A stretch of DNA of 64,000 nucleotides from Auanema rhodensis (taxonomy: Eukaryota; Animalia; Nematoda): the NCBI GenBank assembly GCA_964057225.1, contig OZ059896.1:18538001-18602000 (forward strand), written 5' to 3'. Positions within the stretch are counted from its first letter, which is position 1, and each line of letters starts with the position of its first letter. The translations under genes were made by a program, and so were the position numbers. Of this stretch, positions 48,752-62,600 are shown piece after piece. The notes below the pieces were generated by a model. It worked only from the letters and a program-made list of their open reading frames with translations. It searched no databases and was not told the origin of the DNA.

Positions 48752-50244
48752 CTTGCTAGAACTCTTGGTTTGAAAAAACCTTGAGTGCTTGGTAACGTGT
48801 GGGATGTTGAGACGTTAAAGAATGCGGTGAATAAGGATGAGGATGTAGGCAAAATGAGAAAGGCTTTGGAGAGCGACCGGTGTCGTATCGACAACTTGTG
48901 AGAATGAGGTCGATGCCTTGGCCAATGGCGATGGATCCGCCTTCTACTGTGTGATATCGGGACTCTGGTGCTCTCCGTATTTTCTCTGTAGTTGACAATC
49001 TGATTCACAAAACATCTGGGGTGACCAAGCTGTTATTTTACAAAACGTTTAGTGTAATTCGTAATATTCGTTCAATTACAGCACATTTTACTGATTTGTA
49101 TGCAACCATTTTCCTCATGCTAACTAAACTTATGTTTTGTTACACTAGTTTCTCGACCATGTGGTGTGTCATCTTGCAACAAAACTTATGGTGTAATTCG
49201 TAACATGCTTTTGATAAAAGAGCAGTTTAACAATAAATGTGCACCAATTTCTCTTTTGTGACCAAAAATAATTTTTGTTTCTTTACAATCTGGTTTTCAA
49301 ATACATTTGGTGTAGCTCGCATGTTTCGTTGTAACAAAAGTCATGGGATTCGTAATATTAGTTTTACAAAAGAGCGTTTCGCAATGATGAATGTAGGTAT
49401 TTCGTGATCAGAAATCGAATTTTTAAATAAAAGCAGAGTTAAATGGCTAAATATTACAAGAACTAGTATTAAAGTTGGAATAAGGTTCAATGCGTGAGTC
49501 TTATGCTTCTGAACAACAATAACGGTATGAGGAAGGTGACATTCAGTAAGGGGAGAAAATCCAAACCGATATGCTTTAGCCAACACGACCTGTGTTAATC
49601 ATGATTCAAATTCGAGATAACATTTTTCAACAGGATTTTTCGGACTATAGCGATCTATGAATTAACAATCCTCCCTTTTTGGTGAGGTTTCCCGTGTAAT
49701 TTTTTTCATGCGTACTGATTATAAATTTAGGATGTTAGAAGCAAAATTTGTCTGAACGAAATCGTAACGCAAAATAAAATAGTCCTGATCGCAAAACAAA
49801 CTTCATCCACGAAATATAAAGATATAACCGAAGTTATTCTTTCCTTGAAGCCAAAATTAATCCTTAAAAAGGAGAAGGCGTGGGAAATACAAATTAACAA
49901 TTACTTTAGGTGAATTTGTTCACTAATTCAGCCTAAAGCCCTCATCAAGCTTCAAGGTTGGGTAACAGAGCATTTCAGATGTTATAAGCAAGGATACGAA
50001 ATTTAAAGGTTCAGACGAATGAATTTTTGTGAACAAACGGGAAAATAATAATCTCGAAACGTATAATCCTTCTTTAAAAAAAAAGGATTCCTTGCCTCTG
50101 TTCCCATTTAACGTTGTTGGCCCCTCCGTATTGTGTTAAGACATAGAGTAGATGGTATGAGAAAAAGAGAGATGAAAGAAATTTGAAGATGAATTAACAA
50201 CACAAACATTAAAGAGAAGGAAAAAAAAATTGTGATAAGTTCGA

Positions 50245-50257
50245 GGTGGAACCTCCA
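50245..50257 (-). promoter_or_regulatory. Primer binding site for tRNA-Gln
   Basis: Minus strand TGGAGGTTCCACC directly abuts the 5' LTR. It is complementary to GGTGGAACCT-CCA, the 3' end of metazoan tRNA-Gln (13 nt). Confidence 0.9.
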
Positions 50258-50615
50258 CGTTCCGTTATGCTCCCGCGTCGATCTTACAGACCAATGGAGT
50301 CTACAAGATGAGCGTGGTAGTATTCCAGATGTAGCGGTTAAACATGGAGCATGAGGATAAACATAAGACTCGAGAAAGATTGGTTTATTATATCTACGTG
50401 ATTACAAAAAGATACATATAACTAAGTAAAGGTTAAACTAATAGAGAACAGAGAGAGAACGACCAACCATCCATGATCGTCCCTGAGGCAAAGCTGAAGT
50501 GTTGTAATATGGAAAAGGGCGGGTCGTCTTCTCTCAGTCTCGCATTCTCTGACTCTAACCCACCTGCTACAGCTTCGTCATATGAATGTAATGCATTGAT
50601 CATTCGAATGGAACG
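50258..50615 (-). repeat. 5' LTR (358 bp)
   Basis: Direct repeat of 39130-39487, adjacent to the PBS. Confidence 0.97.
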
Positions 50616-53600
50616 ATACTAGCAGTAAAACAAATGCAGTGATAATATTCTCGAAAATGTTCCTATTCAGAGTGAGAAAGTATCAAAAATTTCCCGAAGG
50701 TTTTCTCATAAGGTACTAAAATAAAATTATTATTTCATATTATTATTTTTTCAGACCTAGAATCGATAAAAAATATCAACTACATTTTAGTGAGTTACTG
50801 GGTTGGGTTATACAAATTGTCTAATTAGAATGCGATTTACATGGCCTTGTGGCCTAATGGATAAGGCGTCGGACTTCGGATCCGAAGATTGTAGGTTCGA
50901 GTCCTGCCAGGGTCGTTATTTTTTGTTTCAAAACAATCAATACCTGATAGTTTACATGTTTTATTCTGTATTATCTCATACAATTGAAAAAAATACTAGC
51001 AATAAAACAAATGCAGTGATAATATTCTCGAAAATGTTCCTATACAGAGTGAGAAAATATCTACAATTTCCCGAAGGTTTTCTCATAAGGTACTAAAATA
51101 AAAGTATTATTTCATATTATTATTTTTTCAGACCTAGAATCGATAAAAAAAATCAACTACATTTTAGTGAGTTACTGGGTTGGGTTATACAAATTGTCTA
51201 ATTTGAATGCGATTTAGATGGCCTTGTGGCCTAATGGATAAGGCGTCGGACTTCGGATCCGAAGATTGTAGGTTCGAGTCCTACCAGGGTCGTTATTTTT
51301 TGTTTTAAAAAAATCATTACCTGATAGTTTACATGTTTTATTCTATATTATCTCATACAATTGAAAAAAATACTAGCAGTAAAACAAATGCAGTGATATT
51401 ATTCTCGAGAATGTTCCTATTCAGAGTGAGAAAATATCAAAAATTTTCCGAAGGTTTTCTCATAAGGTACTAAAATAAAAGTATTATTTCATATTATTAT
51501 TTTTTCAGACCTAGAATCGATAAAAATATCAACTACATTTTAGTGAGTTACTGGGTTGGGTTATACAAATTGTCTAATTTGAATGCGATTTACATGGCCT
51601 TGTGGCCTAATGGATAAGGCGTCGGATTTCGGATCCGAAGATTGTAGGTTCGAGTCCTGCCAGGGTTGTTATTTTTTGTTTCAAAACAATCATTACCTGA
51701 TAGTTTACATGTTTTATTCTGTATTATCTCATACAATTGAAAAAAATACTAGCAGTAAAACAAATGCAGTGATAATATTCTCGAAAATGTTCCTATTCAG
51801 AGTGAGAAAGTATCAAAAATTTCCCGAAAGTTTTCTCATAAGGTACTAAAATAAAAGTATTATTTCATATTATTATTTTTTCAGACCTAGAATCGATAAA
51901 AAAAATCAACTACATTTTAGTGAGTTACTGGGTTGGGTTATACAAATTGTCTAATTTGAATGCGATTTAGATGGCCTTGTGGCCTAATGGATAAGGCGTC
52001 GGACTTCGGATCCGAAGATTGTAGGTTCGAGTCCTACCAGGGTCGTTATTTTTTGTTTTAAAAAAATCATTACCTGATAGTTAACATGTTTTATTCTGTA
52101 TTATCTCATACAATTGAAAAAAATACTAGCAGTAAAACAAATGCAGTGATATTATTCTCGAGAATGTTCCTATTCAGAGTGAGAAAATATCAAAAATTTT
52201 CCGAAGGTTTTCTCATAAGGTACTAAAATAAAAGTATTATTTCATATTATTATTTTTTCAGACCTAGAATCGATAAAAATATCAACTACATTTTAGTGAG
52301 TTACTGGGTTGGGTTATACAAATTGTCTAATTTGAATGCGATTTACATGGCCTTGTGGCCTAATGGATAAGGCGTCGGATTTCGGATCCGAAGATTGTAG
52401 GTTCGAGTCCTGCCAGGGTTGTTATTTTTTGTTTCAAAACAATCATTACCTGATAGTTTACATGTTTTATTCTGTATTATCTCATACAATTGAAAAAAAT
52501 ACTAGCAGTAAAACAAATGCAGTGATAATATTCTCGAAAATGTTCCTATTCAGAGTGAGAAAGTATCAAAAATTTCCCGAAAGTTTTCTCATAAGGTACT
52601 AAAATAAAAATATTATTTCATATTATTATTTTTTCAGACCTAGAATCGATAAAAAATATCAACTACATTTTAGTGAGTTACTGGGTTGGGTTATACAAAT
52701 TGTCTAATTTGAATGCGATTTAGATGGCCTTGTGGCCTAATGGATAAGGCGTCGGACTTCGGATCCGAAGATTGTAGGTTCGAGTCCTACCAGGGTCGTT
52801 ATTTTTTGTTTTAAAAAAATCATTACCTGATAGTTAACATGTTTTATTCTGTATTATCTCATACAATTGAAAAAAATACTAGCAGTAAAACAAATGCAGT
52901 GATATTATTCTCGAGAATGTTCCTATTCAGAGTGAGAAAATATCAAAAATTTTCCGAAGGTTTTCTCATAAGGTACTAAAATAAAAGTATTATTTCATAT
53001 TATTATTTTTTCAGACCTAGAATCGATAAAAATATCAACTACATTTTAGTGAGTTACTGGGTTGGGTTATACAAATTGTCTAATTTGAATGCGATTTACA
53101 TGGCCTTGTGGCCTAATGGATAAGGCGTCGGATTTCGGATCCGAAGATTGTAGGTTCGAGTCCTGCCAGGGTTGTTATTTTTTGTTTCAAAACAATCATT
53201 ACCTGATAGTTTACATGTTTTATTCTGTATTATCTCATACAATTGAAAAAAATACTAGCAGTAAAACAAATGCAGTGATCATATTCTCGAAAATGTTCCT
53301 ATTCAGAGTGAGAAAGTATCAAAAATTTCCCGAAAGTTTTCTCATAAGGTACTAAAATAAAAATATTATTTCATATTATTATTTTTTCAGACCTAGAATC
53401 GATAAAAAATATCAACTACATTTTAGTGAGTTACTGGGTTGGGTTATACAAATTGTCTAATTTGAATGCGATTTAGATGGCCTTGTGGCCTAATGGATAA
53501 GGCGTCGGACTTCGGATCCGAAGATTGTAGGTTCGAGTCCTACCAGGGTCGTTATTTTTTGTTTTAAAAAAATCATTACCTGATAGTTAACATGTTTTAT

Positions 53601-56600
53601 TCTGTATTATCTCATACAATTGAAAAAAATACTAGCAGTAAAACAAATGCAGTGATATTATTCTCGAGAATGTTCCTATTCAGAGTGAGAAAATATCAAA
53701 AATTTTCCGAAGGTTTTCTCATAAGGTACTAAAATAAAAGTATTATTTCATATTATTATTTTTTCAGACCTAGAATCGATAAAAAATATCAACTACATTT
53801 TAGTGAGTTACTGGGTTGGGTTATACAAATTGTCTAATTTGAATGCGATTTAGATGGCCTTGTGGCCTAATGGATAAGGCGTCGGATTTCGGATCCGAAG
53901 ATTGTAGGTTCGAGTCCTGCCAGGGTCGTTATTTTTTGTTTCAAAAAAATCATTACCTGATAGTTAACATGTTTTATTCTGTATTATCTCATACAATTGA
54001 AAAAAATACTAGCAGTAAAACAAATGCAGTGATAATATTCTCGAAAATGTTCCTATTCAGAGTGAGAAAGTATCAAAAATTTCCCGAAAGTTTTCTCATA
54101 AGGTACTAAAATAAAAATATTATTTCATATTATTATTTTTTCAGACCTAGAATCGATAAAAAATATCAACTACATTTTAGTGAGTTACTGGGTTGGGTTA
54201 TACAAATTGTCTAATTTGAATGCGATTTAGATGGCCTTGTGGCCTAATGGATAAGGCGTCGGACTTCGGATCCGAAGATTGTAGGTTCGAGTCCTACCAG
54301 GGTCGTTATTTTTTGTTTTAAAAAAATCATTACCTGATAGTTAACATGTTTTATTCTGTATTATCTCATACAATTGAAAAAAATACTAGCAGTAAAACAA
54401 ATGCAGTGATATTATTCTCGAGAATGTTCCTATTCAGAGTGAGAAAATATCAAAAATTTTCCGAAGGTTTTCTCATAAGGTACTAAAATAAAAGTATTAT
54501 TTCATATTATTATTTTTTCAGACCTAGAATCGATAAAAATATCAACTACATTTTAGTGAGTTACTGGGTTGGGTTATACAAATTGTCTAATTTGAATGCG
54601 ATTTACATGGCCTTGTGGCCTAATGGATAAGGCGTCGGATTTCGGATCCGAAGATTGTAGGTTCGAGTCCTGCCAGGGTTGTTATTTTTTGTTTCAAAAC
54701 AATCATTACCTGATAGTTAACATGTTTTATTCTGTATTATCTCATACAATTGAAAAAAATACTAGCAGTAAAACAAATGCAGTGATATTATTCTCGAGAA
54801 TGTTCCTATTCAGAGTGAGAAAATATCAAAAATTTTCCGAAGGTTTTCTCATAAGGTACTAAAATAAAAGTATTATTTCATATTATTATTTTTTCAGACC
54901 TAGAATCGATAAAAAATATCAACTACATTTTAGTGAGTTACTGGGTTGGGTTATACAAATTGTCTAATTTGAATGCGATTTAGATGGCCTTGTGGCCTAA
55001 TGGATAAGGCGTCGGATTTCGGATCCGAAGATTGTAGGTTCGAGTCCTGCCAGGGTCGTTATTTTTTGTTTCAAAAAAATCATTACCTGATAGTTTACAT
55101 GTTTTATTCTGTATTATCTCATACAATTGAAAAAAATACTAGCAGTAAAACAAATGCAGTGATAATATTCTCGAAAATGTTCCTATTCAGAGTGAGAAAG
55201 TATCAAAAATTTCCCGAAAGTTTTCTCATAAGGTACTAAAATAAAAATATTATTTCATATTATTATTTTTTCAGACCTAGAATCGATAAAAAATATCAAC
55301 TACATTTTAGTGAGTTACTGGGTTGGGTTATACAAATTGTCTAATTTGAATGCGATTTAGATGGCCTTGTGGCCTAATGGATAAGGCGTCGGACTTCGGA
55401 TCCGAAGATTGTAGGTTCGAGTCCTGCCAGGGTCGTTATTTTTTGTTTCAAAAAAATCATTACCTGATAGTTTACATGTTTTATTCTGTATTATCTCATA
55501 CAATTGAAAAAAATACTAGCAGTAAAATAAATGCAGTGATAATATTCTCGAAAATGTTCCTATTCAGAGTGAGAAAGTATCAAAAATTTCCCGAAAGTTT
55601 TCTCATAAGGTACTAAAATAAAAGTATTATTTCATATTATTATTTTTTCAGACCTAGAATCGATAAAAAAATCAACTACATTTTAGTGAGTTACTGGGTT
55701 GGGTTATATAAATTGTCTAATTTGAATTCGATTTAGATGGCCTTGTGGCCTAATGGATAAGGCGTAGGATTTCGGATCCGAAGATTGTAGGTTCGAGTCC
55801 TGCCAGGGTCGTTATTTTTTGTTTCAAAAAAAATCATTACCTGATAGTTTACATGTTTTATTCTGTATTATCTCATACAATTGAAAAAAATACTAGCAGT
55901 AAAACAAATGCAGTGATAATATTCTCGAAAATGTTCCTATTCAGAGTGAGAAAGTATCAAAAATTTCCCGAAAGTTTTCTCATAAGGTACTAAAATAAAA
56001 GTATTATTTCATATTATTATTTTTTCAGACCTAGAATCGATAAAAAAATCAACTACATTTTAGTGAGTTACTGGGTTGGGTTATACAAATTGTCTAATTT
56101 GAATGCGATTTAGATGGCCTTGTGGCCTAATGGATAAGGCGTCGGACTTCGGATCCGAAGATTGTAGGTTCGAGTCCTACCAGGGTCGTTATTTTTTGTT
56201 TTAAAAAAATCATTACCTGATAGTTAACATGTTTTATTCTGTATTATCTCATACAATTGAAAAAAATACTAGCAGTAAAACAAATGCAGTGATATTATTC
56301 TCGAGAATGTTCCTATTCAGAGTGAGAAAATATCAAAAATTTTCCGAAGGTTTTCTCATAAGGTACTAAAATAAAAGTATTATTTCATATTATTATTTTT
56401 TCAGACCTAGAATCGATAAAAAAATCAACTACATTTTAGTGAGTTACTGGGTTGGGTTATACAAATTGTCTAATTTGAATGCGATTTACATGGCCTTGTG
56501 GCCTAATGGATAAGGCGTCGGACTTCGGATCCGAAGATTGTAGGTTCGAGTCCTGCCAGGGTCGTTATTTTTTGTTTCAAAAAAATCATTACCTGATAGT

Positions 56601-59600
56601 TTACATGTTTTATTCTGTATTATCTCATACAATTGAAAAAAATACTAGCAGTAAAACAAATGCAGTGATAATATTCTCGAAAATGTTCCTATTCAGAGTG
56701 AGAAAGTATCAAAAATTTCCCGAAAGTTTTCTCATAAGGTACTAAAATAAAAATATTATTTCATATTATTATTTTTTCAGACCTAGAATCGATAAAAAAT
56801 ATCAACTACATTTTAGTGAGTTACTGGGTTGGGTTATACAAATTTGAATGCGATTTAGATGGCCTTGTGGCCTAATGGATAAGGCGTCGGATTTCGGATC
56901 CGAAGATTGTAGGTTCGAGTCCTGCCAGGGTCGTTATTTTTTGTTTCAAAAAAATCATTACCTGATAGTTTACATGTTTTATTCTGTATTATCTCATACA
57001 ATTGAAAAAAATACTAGCAGTAAAACAAATGCAGTGATAATATTCTCGAAAATGTTCCTATTCAGAGTGAGAAAGTATCAAAAATTTCCCGAAAGTTTTC
57101 TCATAAGGTACTAAAATAAAAATATTATTTCATATTATTATTTTTTCAGACCTAGAATCGATAAAAAATATCAACTACATTTTAGTGAGTTACTGGGTTG
57201 GGTTATACAAATTGTCTAATTTGAATGCGATTTAGATGGCCTTGTGGCCTAATGGATAAGGCGTCGGACTTCGGATCCGAAGATTGTAGGTTCGAGTCCT
57301 ACCAGGGTCGTTATTTTTTGTTTTAAAAAAATCATTACCTGATAGTTAACATGTTTTATTCTGTATTATCTCATACAATTGAAAAAAATACTAGCAGTAA
57401 AACAAATGCAGTGATATTATTCTCGAGAATGTTCCTATTCAGAGTGAGAAAATATCAAAAATTTTCCGAAGGTTTTCTCATAAGGTACTAAAACAAAAGT
57501 ATTATTTCATATTATTATTTTTTCAGACCTAGAATCGATAAAAAAATCAACTACATTTTAGTGAGTTACTGGGTTGGGTTATACAAATTGTCTAATTTGA
57601 ATGCGATTTACATGGCCTTGTGGCCTAATGGATAAGGCGTCGGACTTCGGATCCGAAGATTGTAGGTTCGAGTCCTGCCAGGGTCGTTATTTTTTGTTTT
57701 AAAAAAATCATTACCTGATAGTTAACATGTTTTATTCTGTATTATCTCATACAATTGAAAAAAATACTAGCAGTAAAACAAATGCAGTGATATTATTCTC
57801 GAGAATGTTCCTATTCAGAGTGAGAAAATATCAAAAATTTTCCGAAGGTTTTCTCATAAGGTACTAAAATAAAAGTATTATTTCATATTATTATTTTTTC
57901 AGACCTAGAATCGATAAAAAATATCAACTACATTTTAGTGAGTTACTGGGTTGGGTTATACAAATTGTCTAATTTGAATGCGATTTAGATGGCCTTGTGG
58001 CCTAATGGATAAGGCGTCGGATTTCGGATCCGAAGATTGTAGGTTCGAGTCCTGCCAGGGTCGTTATTTTTTGTTTCAAAACAATCAATACCTGATAGTT
58101 TACATGTTTTATTCTGTATTATCTCATACAATTGAAAAAAATACTAGCAATAAAACAAATGCAGTGATAATATTCTCGAAAATGTTTCTATACAGAGTGA
58201 GAAAATATCTACAATTTCCCGAAGGTTTTCTCATAAGGTACTAAAATAAAAGTATTATTTCATATTATTAGTTTTTCAGACCTAGAATCGATAAAAAAAA
58301 TCAACTACATTTTAGTGAGTTACTGGGTTGGGTTATACAAATTGTCTAATTTGAATGCGATTTAGATGGCCTTGTGGCCTAATGGATAAGGCGTCGGACT
58401 TCGGATCCAAAGATTGTAGGTTCGAGTCCTACCAGGGTCGTTATTTTTTGTTTTAAAAAAATCATTACCTGATAGTTTACATGTTTTATTCTGTATTATC
58501 TCATACAATTGAAAAAATACTAGCAGTAAAACAAATGCAGTGATAATATTCTCGAAAATGTTCCTATTCAGAGTGAGAAAGTATCAAAAATTTCCCGAAA
58601 GTTTTCTCATAAGGTACTAAAATAAAAATATTATTTCATATTATTATTTTTTCAGACCTAGAATCGATAAAAAATATCAACTACATTTTAGTGAGTTACT
58701 GGGTTGGGTTATACAAAATGTCTAATTAGAATGCGATTTAGATGGCCTTGTGGCCTAATGGATAAGGCGTCGGACTTCGGATCCGAAGATTGTAGGTTCG
58801 AGTCCTACCAGGGTCGTTATTTTTTGTTTTAAAAAAATCATTACCTGATAGTTTACATGTTTTATTCTGTATTATATCATACAATTGAAAAAAATACTAG
58901 CAGTAAAACAAATGCAGTGATATTATTCTCGAGAATGTTCCTATTCAGAGTGAGAAAATATCAAAAATTTTCCGAAGGTTTTCTCATAAGGTACTAAAAT
59001 AAAAGTATTATTTCATATTATTATTTTTTCAGACCTAGAATCGATAAAAAAATCAACTACATTTTAGTGAGTTACTGGGTTGGGTTATACAAATTGTCTA
59101 ATTTGAATGCGATTTACATGGCCTTGTGGCCTAATGGATAAGGCGTCGGACTTCGGATCCGAAGATTGTAGGTTCGAGTCCTGCCAGGGTCGTTATTTTT
59201 TGTTTCAAAAAAATCATTACCTGATAGTTTACATGTTTTATTCTGTATTATCTCATACAATTGAAAAAAATACTAGCAGTAAAACAAATGCAGTGATAAT
59301 ATTCTCGAAAATGTTCCTATTCAGAGTGAGAAAGTATCAAAAATTTCCCGAAAGATTTCTCATAAGGTACTAAAATAAAAATATTATTTCATATTATAAT
59401 TTTTTCAGACCTAGAATCGATAAAAAATATCAACTACATTTTAGTGAGTTACTGGGTTGGGTTATACAAATTGTCTAATTAGAATGCGATTTACATGGCC
59501 TTGTGGCCTAATGGATAAGGCGTCGGACTTCGGATCCGATGATTGTAGGTTCGAGTCCTGCCAGGGTCGTTATTTTTTGTTTCAAAACAATCATTACCTG

Positions 59601-62600
59601 ATAGTTTACATGTTTTATTCTGTATTATCTCATACAATTGAAAAAAATACTAGCAGTAAAACAAATGCAGTGATATTATTCTCGAGAATGTTCCTATTCA
59701 GAGTGAGAAAATATCAAAAATTTTCCGAAGGTTTTCTCATAAGGTACTAAAATAAAAGTATTATTTCATATTATTATTTTTTCAGACCTAGAATCGATAA
59801 AAAATATCAACTACATTTTAGTGAGTTACTGGGTTGGGTTATACAAAATGTCTAATTAGAATGCGATTTAGATGGCCTTGTGGCCTAATGGATAAGGCGT
59901 CGGACTTCGGATCCGAAGATTGTAGGTTCGAGTCCTACCAGGGTCGTTATTTTTTGTTTTAAAAAAATCATTACCTGATAGTTTACATGTTTTATTCTGT
60001 ATTATATCATACAATTGAAAAAAATACTAGCAGTAAAACAAATGCAGTGATATTATTCTCGAGAATGTTCCTATTCAGAGTGAGAAAATATCAAAAATTT
60101 TCCGAAGGTTTTCTCATAAGGTACTAAAATAAAAGTATTATTTCATATTATTATTTTTTCAGACCTAGAATCGATAAAAAAATCAACTACATTTTAGTGA
60201 GTTACTGGGTTGGGTTATACAAATTGTCTAATTTGAATGCGATTTACATGGCCTTGTGGCCTAATGGATAAGGCGTCGGACTTCGGATCCGAAGATTGTA
60301 GGTTCGAGTCCTGCCAGGGTCGTTATTTTTTGTTTCAAAAAAATCATTACCTGATAGTTTACATGTTTTATTCTGTATTATCTCATACAATTGAAAAAAA
60401 TACTAGCAGTAAAACAAATGCAGTGATAATATTCTCGAAAATGTTCCTATTCAGAGTGAGAAAGTATCAAAAATTTCCCGAAAGATTTCTCATAAGGTAC
60501 TAAAATAAAAATATTATTTCATATTATAATTTTTTCAGACCTAGAATCGATAAAAAATATCAACTACATTTTAGTGAGTTACTGGGTTGGGTTATACAAA
60601 TTGTCTAATTAGAATGCGATTTACATGGCCTTGTGGCCTAATGGATAAGGCGTCGGACTTCGGATCCGATGATTGTAGGTTCGAGTCCTGCCAGGGTCGT
60701 TATTTTTTGTTTCAAAACAATCATTACCTGATAGTTTACATGTTTTATTCTGTATTATCTCATACAATTGAAAAAAATACTAGCAGTAAAACAAATGCAG
60801 TGATATTATTCTCGAGAATGTTCCTATTCAGAGTGAGAAAATATCAAAAATTTTCCGAAGGTTTTCTCATAAGGTACTAAAATAAAAGTATTATTTCATA
60901 TTATTATTTTTTCAGACCTAGAATCGATAAAAAAATCAACTACATTTTAGTGAGTTACTGGGTTGGGTTATACAAATTGTCTAATTTGAATGCGATTTAC
61001 ATGGCCTTGTGGCCTAATGGATAAGGCGTCGGACTTCGGATCCGAAGATTGTAGGTTCGAGTCCTGCCAGGGTCGTTATTTTTTGTTTCAAAACAATCAA
61101 TACCTGATAGTTTACATGTTTTATTCTGTATTATCTCATACAATTGAAAAAAATACTAGCAATAAAACAAATGCAGTGATAATATTCTCGAAAATGTTTC
61201 TATACAGAGTGAGAAAATATCTACAATTTCCCGAAGGTTTTCTCATAAGGTACTAAAATAAAAGTATTATTTCATATTATTATTTTTTCAGACCTAGAAT
61301 CGATAAAAAAAATCAACTACATTTTAGTGAGTTACTGGGTTGGGTTATACAAATTGTCTAATTTGAATGCGATTTAGATGGCCTTGTGGCCTAATGGATA
61401 AGGCGTCGGACTTCGGATCCGAAGATTGTAGGTTCGAGTCCTACCAGGGTCGTTATTTTTTGTTTTAAAAAAATCATTACCTGATAGTTTACATGTTTTA
61501 TTCTGTATTATATCATACAATTGAAAAAAATACTAGCAGTAAAACAAATGCAGTGATATTATTCTCGAGAATGTTCCTATTCAGAGTGAGAAAATATCTA
61601 CAATTTCCCGAAGGTTTTCTCATAAGGTACTAAAATAAAAGTATTATTTCATATTATTATTTTTTCAGACCTAGAATCGATAAAAAAATCAACTACATTT
61701 TAGTGAGTTACTGGGTTGGGTTATACAAATTGTCTAATTTGAATGCGATTTACATGGCCTTGTGGCCTAATGGATAAGGCGTCGGACTTCGGATCCGAAG
61801 ATTGTAGGTTCGAGTCCTGCCAGGGTCGTTATTTTTTGTTTTAAAAAAATCATTACCTGATAGTTAACATGTTTTATTCTGTATTATATCATACAATTGA
61901 AAAAAATACTAGCAGTAAAACAAATGCAGTGATATTATTCTCGAGAATGTTCCTATTCAGAGTGAGAAAATATCAAAAATTTTCCGAAGGTTTTCTCATA
62001 AGGTACTAAAATAAAAGTATTATTTCATATTATTATTTTTTCAGACCAAGAATCGATAAAAAATATCAACTACATTTTAGTGAGTTACTGGGTTGGGTTA
62101 TACAAATTGTCTAATTTGAATGCGATTTAGATGGCCTTGTGGCCTAATGGATAAGGCGTCGGATTTCGGATCCGAAGATTGTAGGTTCGAGTCCTGCCAG
62201 GGTCGTTATTTTTTGTTTCAAAACAATCAATACCTGATAGTTTACATGTTTTATTCTGTATTATCTCATACAATTGAAAAAAATACTAGCAATAAAACAA
62301 ATGCAGTGATAATATTCTCGAAAATGTTTCTATACAGAGTGAGAAAATATCTACAATTTCCCGAAGGTTTTCTCATAAGGTACTAAAATAAAAGTATTAT
62401 TTCATATTATTATTTTTTCAGACCTAGAATCGATAAAAAAAATCAACTACATTTTAGTGAGTTACTGGGTTGGGTTATACAAATTGTCTAATTTGAATGC
62501 GATTTACATGGCCTTGTGGCCTAATGGATAAGGCGTCGGACTTCGGATCCGAAGATTGTAGGTTCGAGTCCTGCCAGGGTCGTTATTTTTTGTTTCAAAA

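Larger units (their letters stand above)
39130..50615 (-). mobile_element. Full-length 11,486-bp Ty3/gypsy (Metaviridae-like) LTR retroelement with env between gag and pol
   Basis: Two 358-bp direct repeats, PBS, putative PPT, and domain order Gag-Env-PR-RT-RH-IN on the minus strand (IN after RH, RT motif YLDD). Confidence 0.96.

Noticed and set aside
39130-50615. BEL/Pao or DIRS classification of the element
   Set aside because: RT (YLDD, MPMGL), RNase H (TDH) and GPF integrase motifs are Ty3/gypsy-type. There are no triple CCHC knuckles and no tyrosine recombinase.
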